Positions 23,714 to 35,519 of a stretch of DNA of 44,819 nucleotides are shown one piece after another. Under the pieces are notes generated by a model. The model had not been told where the DNA came from and did no database searches. It saw only the letters and a program-made list of their open reading frames with translations. How positions within the stretch are numbered: the stretch's first letter is position 1; the number at the start of each line of letters is the position of its first letter. The stretch spans positions 3,188,834 through 3,233,652 of the forward strand of contig NC_057759.1 of assembly GCF_004010195.1 (NCBI RefSeq), in the 5' to 3' direction. Made by a program: the position numbers and the translations under genes. The DNA is from Chiloscyllium plagiosum (lineage: Eukaryota).

Positions 23714-24059
23714 ATGAGTTTATGCATTTGTCAGGCTAAAGCTAACAGAATGGAACGTGGTCTTCAGAAGAATGAATTACCTCAATCTGCCCTTCTGAAA
23801 GTTGAGGAAGATTGTTTGAAAAGACATGAACTCACTTGAAAAGGCAACAATTAATGTTACTCCATCATTGGCAGTGCCGGACTGCACCATCATCAAGAGC
23901 CCAAGAACTACCAACAGGATAGTTCTAATGCTTCACTGATTTTCTGCTGCACTCAGAGGTACCCAGAGGATGAAATCTCCTGATAGGTTAACGCAGACTA
24001 ATAAATGCAAAGTCCACCAAAACTGAATATGTCTTGCACATGTGCAGGGGCCATTTCTC

Positions 24060-24230
24060 TAATGATTCAAAGAGTGACACACCCAGACTCTCACAGACTC
24101 TCACAGACACACACACACTCGCTTAAACACTGACTCAAATACACTGACATGCACATGCATACAGTCACACACAAAAACACATGACTACACAAACTCACAT
24201 GCATACATTTGCACATACTGACGTGCAATG
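24060..24230. repeat. CA-rich low-complexity tract (resumes at about 25540-25690 after the CR1)
   Basis: Degenerate (CA)n / CACAGACTCT repeats on both sides of the CR1 at 24231-25540. Confidence 0.7.
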
Positions 24231-25540
24231 ACAAGAACAAAGAACAAAGAGAATGACAGCACAGGAACAATCCTTTTGGCCCTCCAAGCCTTCTCTGATC
24301 GAAGTCTTCTCTCTAAACCTGTCACATATTTTCTCAGGGTCTGTACCCACTTCCTCCCTGACCATTCATGTATTTGTTTAGATACATCCTAAATGATGTT
24401 ATAGTGCCCGACCCCACCACCCTCTGCGTAAAGAACTTTCCACCCATATCTCCTCCAAACATTTCCCCTCTCACTTTGAACTCATGACCCCTAATAATTG
24501 AATTCCCTCACTCTGGGAAAACCTCTTGCTATCTACCCTATCTATAACTTTTAGTAAGGCGTTTGATAAGTTTCCCCTTGGTACCCTCATGGAGAATGTG
24601 CATTTGCATGGGGCACAGGGTGCACTCACTTAACGGATAAAGAACTGGAGGGGCAATAGGAGATTTTGTAGGTCTTAATTCGGGTCCTCCCTCAATCTCC
24701 ATCTCTCCAATGAAAATAATCCTAATCGATTTAACCTCTCCTCATAGCTAGCACGCTCCATACGAAGCAAACTCCTGGTGAACCTTCTCTGCACGCTTTC
24801 CAAAGCATCCGTATCCTTTTGGGTAATGTGTCGACCAGAACTGTACAGTATTCCAAATATGCCAAAACCAAAGTGTGATACAACTGTAACATAACCTGCC
24901 AACCCTTGTACTCAATACCCTGCCCAATGAAGGAATGCATGCCATATGTCTTCTTAACCACTCTATTGACCTGCGTGGCCATCTTCTGGGAACAATGGAC
25001 CGGAACATCCAGATCTCTCTGTACATCAATCTTCTCCAAGACTTTTCCATTTACTGTATAGTTCGCTCTTGAATTGGATCTTCCGAAGTGCATCACCTCG
25101 CATTTGCCTGAATTGAACTCCATCTGCCATTTCTCCACTTAACTCTCGAATCTGTCTTTATTCGTCACTATCTGCGATACAACCAAACAGTGTTATCTGC
25201 AAACTTGCTAATCAGGCCACCTATACCTTTCTCCATGTCATTTATGTATATCACAAACAATAGTGGCTCTAATACGGATCCCTGTGGAACGCCAATGGTC
25301 ACTGGTCTCCATTTCGAGAAAATCATTCCCACTACTACTCTCTCTCTCCAGTTCATAATCCGTTGAGTGAGTGCACCCTGTGCCCCATGAAAATTCACAT
25401 TCTCCATGAGGGTACCAAGGGGAAACTTATCAAACGCCTTACTGAAGTCCACGTTTATGACATCTAGATCTCTTTCCTTATCAATTAACTTTGCCACTTC
25501 CTCAAATAATTCTATTAAGTTGGGAAGACATGACCTTCTC
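24231..25540 (-). mobile_element. CR1 LINE 3' 1.3 kb (RT to tail)
   Basis: VDFSKAFDK..GVPQGSVLEPLLFVIYINDM..ISKFADN (25168..25554), KWQMEFNSGKCEVMHFG (24731..25138) and an (ACAAAGA)n tail at 24231-24250. Confidence 0.95.
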
Positions 25541-26265
25541 ACATTAACATACATGAAGTCTCACACGTGCAGTAACACATGCACAATCACGCTGCCAACC
25601 ATACACATGCACACACACAATACACAACCACACAGAGTCAGGTGCACTCACATGCTCAACCACATCCAAACTCACACACAAAGAGACACTCTGATGCAAT
25701 GGAGACAGTGTGGGGTAACTTATACTTGTGGTTTCAGCAGTATTCAGCTGCTGGGTTGGCTGTAACATTATAATGGTTATTGTTTGGGATGGCTGAAAGT
25801 TTATACTCCGCAGTGTACAACATATGTGTTGTCTACGGTAAAACAATATTGACAGTATTTTTTTTTTACAGTGTGAAATAACAAATATATGAACACTCAG
25901 CAATGTGCAAAGTGTCCTGTCTACAGTAATACATACTTATAGTGTGGAACAACTGAGATTTGGGCACTGAGCTGTTGAGGCCTAATATTGACCAGACCAG
26001 CCAAAAACTTGTTGTTAACTTTGAGAAGCGACTGCAAAAATATTAGCTGCTTTGCATCCACAATTAAAATAGAGACATCATTCGTTAGTCATTGCATGTC
26101 TGTCCAATACTCTGAGAGGTCCTGGCATCCTGGAAGTTGTCAGTTATTTCATTTAATTCTCTACTTTTTCTGCTTTGCCTCCTTCCCAGCCACTCACTCT
26201 GATCTTTCCTCACTCTCTTCGTTTTTCTCTCGATCTGCCGACCTCGACTTGGACGCCTCTCCCCA

Positions 26266-26267
<2 letters not shown>

Positions 26268-26306
<39 letters not shown>
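26268..26306. repeat. (CT)n microsatellite
   Basis: About 19 CT units visible directly. Confidence 0.95.
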
Positions 26307-26310
<4 letters not shown>

Positions 26311-26473
26311 AATTTCAATTTCTCTCTCATTCCCCTTCTCCTCCTCCCTATTTCCAACTGATTCTCAACAGTTTCCCTGGCTCTTACTTGCACTGTTCCT
26401 ATGAATCACCATCTACAAACACTCTTTCAGCTTTTTATCTTCATATCACTACTGTTGGGTAAATGTTTGCATT

Positions 26474-26525
26474 GGGTAGCTCAGTTGGTAGAGTGGCTTG
26501 TTTGTAATACAGAGCGATGCTGAGG
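26474..26525 (+). mobile_element. Truncated tRNA-derived SINE head
   Basis: GGGTAGCTCAGTTGGTAGAG (A box/D-arm-like), with no B box or acceptor stem following. Confidence 0.45.
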
Positions 26526-28891
26526 GCTGAGGGAAACATTGTAAGTGAAAGGGCGAGTAATAGGCTGGGGGTGGAGTTTGCTAATGCTATTCGGCTGGTT
26601 TTTAACTAATTCAGCAGACGGATGGCAATCTAAATTATAATTCAAGTAGAGAGGCGATTGAGAATAGGGAGGTCTGGAATACGGTTTCAGGGTCACAAGA
26701 GGGCAACAACAAGCAAAACGTTGTTTTGACATGTGTCTATTTCAATGCCAGGAGCATCTGGAATAAAGTGGGTGAACTTGCACTATGGGCCACTACTTGG
26801 GATTTTGATGTTGTGGCCATTTCAAAGACATAGGTAGAGCAGGGACAAGAATGGTTGTTGCAGGTTCTGTGATTTAGATGTTTCAGTAAGATCAGAGAAC
26901 GTGGTAAAAGAGGTGGGAATGTGGCAGTGTTAGTCAAGGACAGCATTATGGTTGCAGAAAGGACGTTTGAGGACTCGTCAACCGAGGTAATATGCGTTGC
27001 GATTAGAAACAGGAAAGGATAGGTCACCCTGTTGGGAGTTTTCATCAGTCCTCTGAGCAGTTCCAGAGATTTTGAGTAAAGGATAGCAAAGACGATTCTC
27101 AATAGGAGTGAGAGTGACAGGTTAGTTGTTATGGGCGATTAAATTCCCAAATATTGACTGGGAATGCTATAATTCAAATACTTTAGATGGGTCAGGTTTT
27201 ACCCATTGTGTGCAAGAGGGTGTTCTGACATAGTATGCAGACAGGTAAACAAGGGGCGAGGCCACATTAGATTTAGTACTGGGTCATGAACCCGGCCAGG
27301 TGTTCGATTTTGAGGTAGGTGAGCACTTTGTTACTAGTGACCACAACTAAGTTATGTTTAATTTAGCAATGGAAAGGGATACGTATAACCGGAGGGCAAG
27401 AGCTACAGCTGAGGGAAAGGCACTTACAATGCGATTAGACAAGATTTCGGATGCATAGGATAGGGAAGGAAACTGCAGGAGATGGGCACAATACAAATGT
27501 GGAGCTTATTCAAGGAACAGCTAATGTTTCCTTGGTAAGTTTGTATCTGTCAGACAGGCAGGAAGTTGTTGAGCGCAGCAGCCGTGGTTTACTAAGGATG
27601 TTGAACCTCTTGTCAAGCAGAAGAAGACTAATGTTGCGATGAGCTGTGAAGGCTCAGTTAGGATGATTGAGAGTTACAAGGCAGCCACGAAAGATCCAAA
27701 GAGAGAGCTATGACAAGCGAGGAAGGTACATGAGAATTTGTTGTTGGATTTGATCAGGGAAATGCCGAAAGCTTTCTCTAGACATATAAGATATAAAAGA
27801 ATGACGAGAGTAAGATTAGGGTAAATCAAGGACAGTAGTGGAAAGTTGTGCGTGGAGTCAGAGGAGATGGGGAAGTGGTAAATGAATATTTTTCGTCAGT
27901 ATTCACACTCGAAAAATACAATATGTTTGAGGAGAATACTGAGATGCTGACTGCTGGACTAGTTGGGATTGAGGTGCATAAGGACACAGTGTTCGCAATT
28001 CTGGAAAGTGTAAAAATGGATAAATCCCTGGACCAGAGGGTATTTATCCTAGGATTCTCTGGTAAATCAGGGAGGATTATTGCAGAGCCTTTGACATTGA
28101 TGCTTATGTCGTCATTATCTACAAGAATAGTGCCAGAAGAATGGAGGATAACAAATGTTGTTTCATTGTTCATGAAGTGGAGGAGAGACAACCCTGGAAA
28201 TTACAGACCCGTGACCCTTACTGTGGTTGTGGGTAAAGTATTGGAAACGGTTATAAGAGATAAGATTGATAGTCACCCAGAGAAGAATAAGTTGGTTAGG
28301 GATAGTCAACAGGGTGTTGTTAAGGTTGTGCCTTATTGAGAAGGTGACCAAACAGGTGAATGAGAGTAAAGCCGTTGATGTGGTGTATATGGATTTCAGT
28401 AAGATATTTGATAAGGTTCGCCACATTAGGCTATTGCACAAAATATGGAGGCATGGAATTGAGTGTGATTTAGCAGTTTGGATCACAAATTAGTTAACTG
28501 AAAGAAGACAGGGGGTGGTGATCAATGGAAAATATTCATCTAGGCACTCACGTACTAGTGATGTTTTGGGTCCACTGTTGTTTGTCATTTACATTAATGA
28601 CCTCGATGAGGTCATAAAAAGGATGAAATAGTAAATTTGCGGGTGACAGTTAGTCGGTAGAGTTGTGAATAGTGACGAAGAAAGTTGTAGGTTACAGAGA
28701 AACATAGGTAAGCTGCAGAGCTGGGCTGAGAGGTGCCAAATGGAGTTTAATGGGAAAAGTGTGAGGTGGTTCACTCTGGAAGGAGCAACAAGAGTACTGG
28801 GCTAATGGTAAGAGTTTTGGCAGTGTAGATGAGCAGAGGGATCTCGGTGTCCTTGAAAGTTGCCACGCAGGTTGATAGTGTTGTTAAGAAG

Positions 28892-29602
28892 TGTTATAAA
28901 GATGTGGGTATGCTTTAAGAGAGTTAAAAGCAGTAGAATTATCAGACAGAGCAACCAAATATTCTCAATGAAGTAACAATGTAATACTTCATCGAACAAC
29001 TCGATTAGCTGATTGCCTGGAAATGAAAAGAAACAGATTTGAAGTAGGCCAATCTGTTTAAAGCATTCCATGAAGAAAAATTCCAATCAAGTTTGAATTA
29101 AATATATTGACAATCTTAAAAACCAATGACACAATCCAATGCTCTGGTGTATAGGACCGGGGAAGATGGAACTGTTAGGAGGAGAACTGCCAAACCCCAG
29201 CAGGTAAAAAACTGCCTGAACAATAGCTCTCGTAAAAATACCATTTTGATCAGTAACCTGTGAAGCAGAATTCCTAAGAAGAACAAAAGAAGACACAGGA
29301 AGATCCAAATAGAAGAATCAATAGCTACCTGTTTTTGAAATAAGAAGTGTTGCTTCGTAAATCTTAATTGGGAATTTTATCAACTAGTATTGTTGAAGTG
29401 AAGGTAAAAGATAGGCTAGCATAAGGACTTGTACATAGTCGTTAGATAATTATTCTCTGTTATACTTTCAGAAATAAAGTAGTTAACTTTGACTTTAAAA
29501 CGCTGTTGGCCAATCGAATTTTTACAGATTACTGCATGGAATGAACCTTTTTGGAGTTGTTGCTTTTAAATTAAGCAGGAGGGTTTACCCCGTGTCGTAA
29601 CA
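28892..29602 (+). mobile_element. Solo LTR (711 bp) inserted in CR1
   Basis: Starts TGTTATAA and ends TCGTAACA (TG..CA with short inverted termini). 4-bp TSD GAAG at 28888-28891 and 29603-29606. AATAAA at 29473-29478. The CR1 sequence is contiguous when the LTR is removed. Confidence 0.88.
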
Positions 29603-30112
29603 GAAGCATATGATGTGTTAGCTTTTATTCGTATAAGGACTGAGTTTCTGAGCCATGAGATCATGTCGCAGCTGTACAAAATTCTGGTGCAGCCACATTT
29701 GGAATGTTGCATACATTTCTGGTAACCACGTTATAGGAAGGATGTGGAAGTTTTGTAAAGTGTTCAGATGAGATTTATTGGGTTGTTGCCTGGTATGGAA
29801 GGCAGGTCTTACGAGGAAAGGCTGAGGGACTTGAGGCTGTTTTCTCTCGAGAGAAGAAGATTGCAATGTGACTTAATTGAGTCATATAAGATAATCAGAG
29901 GATTAGACAGGTTGGACATTGAGAGTCTTTTTTTCAGATGGCAATAGCTAGCACAAGGGGACATAGCTTTAAATTGAGGTGTGATAGCTATAGGAGGTAG
30001 TTTCTTTACTCAGAAAGTAGTAGGGGTTTGGAATGCACTGCCTGCAAGAGTAGTAAACTCGCCATCTTTAAGGACATTGCAATTGTCATTGGATAGGCAT
30101 ATGAACGAGAAT

Positions 30113-30325
30113 CTGGATCAGTGGTGCTGGAAGAGCACAGCAATTCAGGCAGCATCTGACGAGCAGCAAAATCGACGTTTCGGGCAAAAACCCTTCCTGA
30201 ATTGCTGTGCTCATCGGATGCTGGCTGAATTGCTGTGCTCGTCGGATGCTGCCTGAATTGCTGTGCTCTTCCAGCACCACTGATCCAGAATCTGGTTTCC
30301 AGCATCTGAAGTCATTGTTTTACCT
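30113..30325. mobile_element. Short fold-back Penelope pLTR-derived insertion with internal 28-bp tandem repeats
   Basis: Inverted arms at about 30112-30165 and 30236-30289. Partial hammerhead on the minus strand (GAAGGGTTTTTGCCCGAAACGTCGATT). Repeats start at 30197, 30225 and 30253. Exact 14-bp TSD ATATGAACGAGAAT at 30099-30112 and 30326-30339. Confidence 0.9.
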
Positions 30326-30500
30326 ATATGAACGAGAATGCAATAGTATAGTTGAGATGGGCTTCAGATTGGTTCCACAAGTCGGTGTATCATGGAGGGC
30401 TGAAGGGCCTGTACTGCACAGTAATGTTCTATGTTCTTATAGAGAGAGGGTTGGAGCATCTGAAGATGGTTTCGGAGACTGGGAGATTTATGGGTGTTAA

Positions 30501-30764
30501 TGAACAGCATAGATACGGGGAGGGTTTTTTTAGTGATTGGAACGAGGTCAGTCAAGTAAACCTCATTAATATGTGTTCCCTGATTGGGACTGTTAACCTG
30601 GTTAAATCATGGACTCCTGGCTGACAGAAATGGACAGGACCATCATGAGTTCTGTTCACTATAGGGCTGGCACTGATCGAGCTTGTGGCAGTGTCATGTG
30701 CCATTCATGTATAAATAAAAGGTGATTTGGTGACAGGATACCTGCCTTTGTAGGGTTAATTTAA
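30501..30764 (+). mobile_element. Possible short solo LTR (Gypsy-type), old
   Basis: TGAA...TTAA ends flanked by a TGTTAA direct repeat (30495-30500 and 30765-30770). AATAAA at about 30714, followed by GGTGATTTGGTGACAGGATACC, which I recall from shark Gypsy LTR 3' ends. Confidence 0.5.
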
Positions 30765-31255
30765 TGTTAACATCTGGTAGAGGTTTTAGAGATCAGGAGG
30801 GCTGGAGGTGTCTTCACAGATCTGGATGGATATGTAATATGCAGTATTCAGAGAAAGTGCGCAGAATGTGCGGAATTGGGAATGCTGGAGAGACGAGAGG
30901 ATGTTACAGAGCTGGTTAGGCACTGGAGCAAAGAAAAGTGATGGGCAGCGTTGTAGGTGTTTGAACAAGTTGTAGATATGTTGAACACTGTAGTGGCTGG
31001 AGAAGGTTATGTACATAATGAGGTTTGACGGGACAGGAGAGAAATCATGACATTGGTGGTGATGTGAATTGGTGAAGATTGCAAAGGGTGTGAGATTTCT
31101 ATTAATCGAGCAATAAGACAGAAAGGAAAAGCTGTAAGGACTTGAGAAATACGTTCTACAGAGGGGGGAATGGAGGGCTGGAGGACATTTCAAAGAAAGA
31201 AATTTTATATCGCCTGCAAGAGTTACAGAGAGATGGAGGGCAGGAAGAAACTATT

Positions 31256-32591
31256 GTCTCATTCGATGTAACGGCACTGTTCACCTCTATCGATTAAATC
31301 CTAGCCAGAGAAACAATAGCCAACCTGCTGGACATACAGAACAGACAACAAGACGGGGAACCTATCAACAAAGACTGCATACTCAAACTACTGGACCTGT
31401 GCCACACAACACACTTCACATTCAACAATCAAATATATGAACGAATCAACGGCACACCCATGGGCTCACCCATCTCTGGACTCATAGCAGAAGCGGTAAT
31501 GCAAAGATTAGAACAAACAGTCTTACCACAAATGCAACCCAAACTCTGGGTCAGATATGTAGCTGACACCTTTGTAATCATTAAAAACACAGAAATAGAA
31601 AACACACACCGGATCATCAAAGCCACACTCACAGGAAGCAGATTCACAAGAGAGGAAGAAAAGGAAAACCAACTCCCATTCCTTGAGGTGATGGTACAGA
31701 GAAAACCGAACGGAGAATTCATCACAAAGGTATACAGGAAAACCACACACACAGACCCAAGTCCTGAACTACGAAAGCAACCACTCCAACACACTCAAAA
31801 GAAGTTGCATCAAGACACTGTTCAAAAGAGCCACAACACACTGCAGCACACCAGCACTGCAAAAACAGGAAGAAGAACACCTCTACAATGTATTCACCAA
31901 AAACGGATACCCCCGCAATTTCATCAACAGATGCCTAAGGGAAAGACAACAGAATGAGGACATGCCACAACCCAAAGGATGAGCCACCTTACCATACATC
32001 AAGAACATTTCTGAACTGACAGCCAGACTACTACGACTACTCATAACAGCACACAAACCAACAGCCACTCTCAGACAACAACTCACCAGGACAAAGGACC
32101 CGATACCCAGCATGAGCAAAACCAACGAGGTGTACAAAATCCCATGCAAGGACTGGAACAAAACACTACATAGGACAAACAGGAAGACAGCTAACGATCA
32201 GCTTCCATGAACACCAACTAGCCACGAAACGACACGACCAGCTATCCTTAGTAGCCACACACACAGATGATAAGTAACATGAGTTTCACTGGGACAACAC
32301 TATTATTATAGGACAAGCCAAACAGAGAAGAGCCAGGGAATTCCTCGAGGCATGGCACTCATCCACAGATTATATCAACAAACACATCAACCTGGACCCA
32401 ATATACCGGCCACTACAGCGGACAGCTGGAACTGACAACGGAAGCGACACAGACAAACCACTATCAATGCCGGAGGAAACATCACAGAAGCGCTTCACAG
32501 GAGGCTCCCTAGCACTGAGGATGTCACCTAGACAGGGGACGAAACGTCTGCAACACAACTTCCCAGCTCGGCGAACAGAACCACAACAACA
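31256..32591 (+). mobile_element. Penelope-like element (Poseidon-type), 5'-truncated, RT + GIY-YIG + pLTR
   Basis: VSFDVTALFTSID, GTPMGSPISGLIAEAVMQRLE, WVRYVADTF (YVDD mutated), ENQLPFLEV, VYRKTTHTD, VYKIPCKD..HYIGQTGR and AREFLEAWHS..INKHINLDPIY. Frameshifted. Confidence 0.95.
32512..32551 (+). ncRNA. Minimal type I hammerhead ribozyme motif (PLE pLTR)
   Basis: GCA-CUGAGGA-U-GUC-A-CCU-AGAC-AGG-G-GAC-GAAA-C-GUC-UGC. It has an intact CUGANGA/GAAA/GUC core, stem I GCA:UGC, stem II and a palindromic ACGU in place of stem III. Predicted cut after C32548. Confidence 0.8.
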
Positions 32592-32614
32592 GGGCAGCAT
32601 TGGCTCATGGAGGT

Positions 32615-32945
32615 TACAGAGAATCATAGAAAGCCGATAGTGTGTAAACAGGCCACTTGGCTCCAATTCCACACCTACCCTGCGAAGAGTAACCCACCCA
32701 GACACATCCATCTACCCTATATTTTCTCCTGACTAATGCACCTAACCCACCCATTCCTGAACATTATGGGTAATTTAGCTCAGCTAATTCACCTGGATTG
32801 TGGGAGGACACCGAAGCACCCGAAGGAAATCCACGCAGACACAGGGAGAATGTGCAAACTGTTTGCAGTCGCTCACAGCTGGTTTTCAACATGGTTTCCT
32901 GGCGATGTGAGGCAGCAGATCTAACCACTGGGCAACCATGCTGCC
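32615..32945 (-). mobile_element. Older HE1-related V-SINE
   Basis: GGATTGTGGGAGGACACCGAAGCACCCGAAGGAAATCCACGCAGACACAGGGAGAATGTGCAAACT..CTAACCACTGGGCAACCATGCTGCC is a diverged match to 22800-22960. Confidence 0.88.
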
Positions 32946-33149
32946 GTGCAGCGCTCGGAATCTATCGCATGGGATTGATGATGTTACAGAGACAGGATGT
33001 TATTGGATTTGGAGGACTTTCAAGTATCACACTGAACGACACAGACATCTTTTGGCACAGAAGGATGTCATGTGACCGATTATAGTTACACCAGCTCGTC
33101 AACTGGACTCTATCCTGTGTGTAATGTTCTCCTCCTTCTTCCATATCCT

Positions 33150-35170
33150 TACACATTATTTTCGTGTCAATAATCATTCATTCGCCTCTTGAATATTTCC
33201 ATCATACATGTATCTATAAAACATCCAAGCAAATGCTAACTACTCGCAGAGAATTGTTTTCCAGATATGAATCCTCCTTCTCATTCCAAACCTGCTTTAC
33301 TCCATCTTTTAATCCGCTCAGCCTGAGGTGTCCACAGAAGATTCTGGGACAGTTCTCTATTGGCTCTCAGGGTTTTCATAACTCCCTTCGTCCCACCCCG
33401 CTGTCACCATCTTCCCTCTGAATCTTCTGCATTCCTCCTGGTTCACAATTTGATTCTCTACCTGACATCGATTCGATTTTCTTCTCCATCATCGGGGGAC
33501 AGTTGGGTTTGTTTATCCAGCCCTTCCTACTTGAGAGACCATTCCTCGGCTGTACCTAAACCATCTCCTCATTGTTCAATTTTTCTTTTTCTGATAAACT
33601 TGGTGTTCCAGTCAAAACTTCCTGGCTTCATTCTTGCCCCATTGAAGGCTGCTCTCAGTCAACTAATTTTTCTCATTCTCAATTATTGCAAACCATTCTC
33701 TATCATCGTCATGAACTTCCCAATAAAATTATCACTGTGTCCCAAAACGTTCCTCTACTGACATTAGATCCACTTGCCCCACCTCTACTCCAAGGGCCAG
33801 GTCCAACAGGATATGCTATCCCGGGCTGGACACGTTATTCTGCAGTAAGATCTGTTCCCTGCTATCCAGGAACATTCGCCCCTCATGACCCCGCACGACT
33901 AGTATCACAGTCTATATCTGAATAATTTAATTTCTCAATATAACTACTCTGTAGTACTGTCATCGCTCTCTAATATCCCTGTATAGTTACTCTCTTCATC
34001 CTGGCCAACTGGTTGTTGGCCTCCAGATGGTACCTCACAATGTAATTGTATACTTTTGTTCTGTAGCTCCAATTAAATTCATTCTATCATTGGACTCCTT
34101 CAATAACACTAATCTTGACCAATTCTTCTATCCTTCATCCTTTCCCTACCCTTTTATCGTTTCTGAATACTTTATACCCAGCAATATTTAAAACCCTGTC
34201 CTGCCGTTCCTTAAGCCAGCTCTCAGTTATCAGTACATTAGATTTCCACACAGAAAACTGCATCTGTAACTCCCCAGGCTCCAAGTACTCACGTCCATAC
34301 AGAGTATTAAAGATTTAGAATTTCTTTCTTAATCTAACTTCCACAGTTAAACTTGTTTTTGAAAATTAGTACCAGCTGCACCTCCAAGTATTTTGTGAAT
34401 CCTGGTAGTCTCCTCCACTATTCCTTCCTGGATCCAACACACACGCTAAGTTATTTTCAATCCCTCCCAAATTTCCGACAAGGAAATCAATCCTAGCTCT
34501 GTCACATGTTCTCTGACCTGTCTTATACAGTTGCTGCCTTCTCCAGAACCAGTCTCAATGTCTCGGGAACTTGAAGCCCTTCCTGATGCATTATCGTTCC
34601 AATCACAGTCTCATCAACCTAAAACTTCGAGTTTTGTTCTCACTTGTACATGGCACTGGAGGGATTCCAGGGATTGAGATCCTGCTGTTAACCATCCACC
34701 TAGCTCCTTAAGTTCTGATTACCAGAACAATTCACCTTTCCTATCCATCTCATTTCTACCAACATGGACATCACCTTTGAATGCTCACTGTCCCCCAAGC
34801 GAATGTCTTGCAGACACAATGACATCCTTGACCTCACAATCCGGGAATTAATTTCACAGAAACGCTTACATCTTCTTCAATTTACTGAATTCCCTGTGAC
34901 TATTGCTCCTCCTTCCATCTCCTTCCCCTCCTGTACAGTCAGGCCGCTTGTTGTGACACAAACATGGCTCTGACTGCACTCTCCTGAGCATCTAGCCCCT
35001 TCATCAGCTTCTAAACTAGAAACCGAATTGTGAGTCAGACATTAGGCTATTCCTATATTCCCTGGCTGTGTCTCTTCGATTGACTGGGCGCCCATTCCCT
35101 TCCTTCTTCCAGGCTGTCATGTCTGCAGGGTGATTTTCTCACTTTATGTGCTATCCACATAACTCTCACT
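33150..35170 (-). mobile_element. Old CR1 5' portion (ORF1 and endonuclease), heavily decayed
   Basis: Reverse-strand ITESWLKERQDRVLNIAGYKVFRNDKRVGKG near 34140-34230, and ORF1-like sequence near 34450-34900 similar to 6100-6550. Confidence 0.65.
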
Positions 35171-35519
35171 GCTTGCAGACCAACAGCATTTTAGGTTATT
35201 ATGGGGTTAATTTTCCTTGAGGCATCAAACACTGAAATCTTTTAAAAGTTTGATGGATTTTCTTAAAAATATTACAAACCCAATCCTCCTCTTTTTTTCT
35301 CTCTCTGAGAAACAATCAGTTTGGTTTGGTTGGTATCCGTACCGGGATTTGTGACCAGGTTAAGATAACAGGGAGAGGCATGTGATTTTGGGTTAATCTT
35401 GAATGAAATGCTGAAAGATCGTTTGGTGTGTGGGATTAATGATTTAACCATGTAAGAATGCGGGTCATCTTAATCCCGAGAAGACTTCAAACAGGCAATA
35501 CAACTGACGTTGACATTAG

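Larger units (their letters stand above)
26540..30440 (+). mobile_element. CR1 LINE ORF2 to 3' tail, decayed, hosting two nested insertions
   Basis: Endonuclease CVYFNARSIWNKVGEL..DVVAISKT at about 26732. RT region NYRPVTLT..GKVLE and DVVYMDFSKIFDKV. Resumes at 29603 and 30326 after the insertions. ATGTTCTATGTTCT tail at about 30424-30437. Confidence 0.92.

Noticed and set aside
31460..31957. Active reverse transcriptase CDS
   Set aside because: It is 5'-truncated, the catalytic YVDD reads YVAD, and it frameshifts after VYRKTTHTD.
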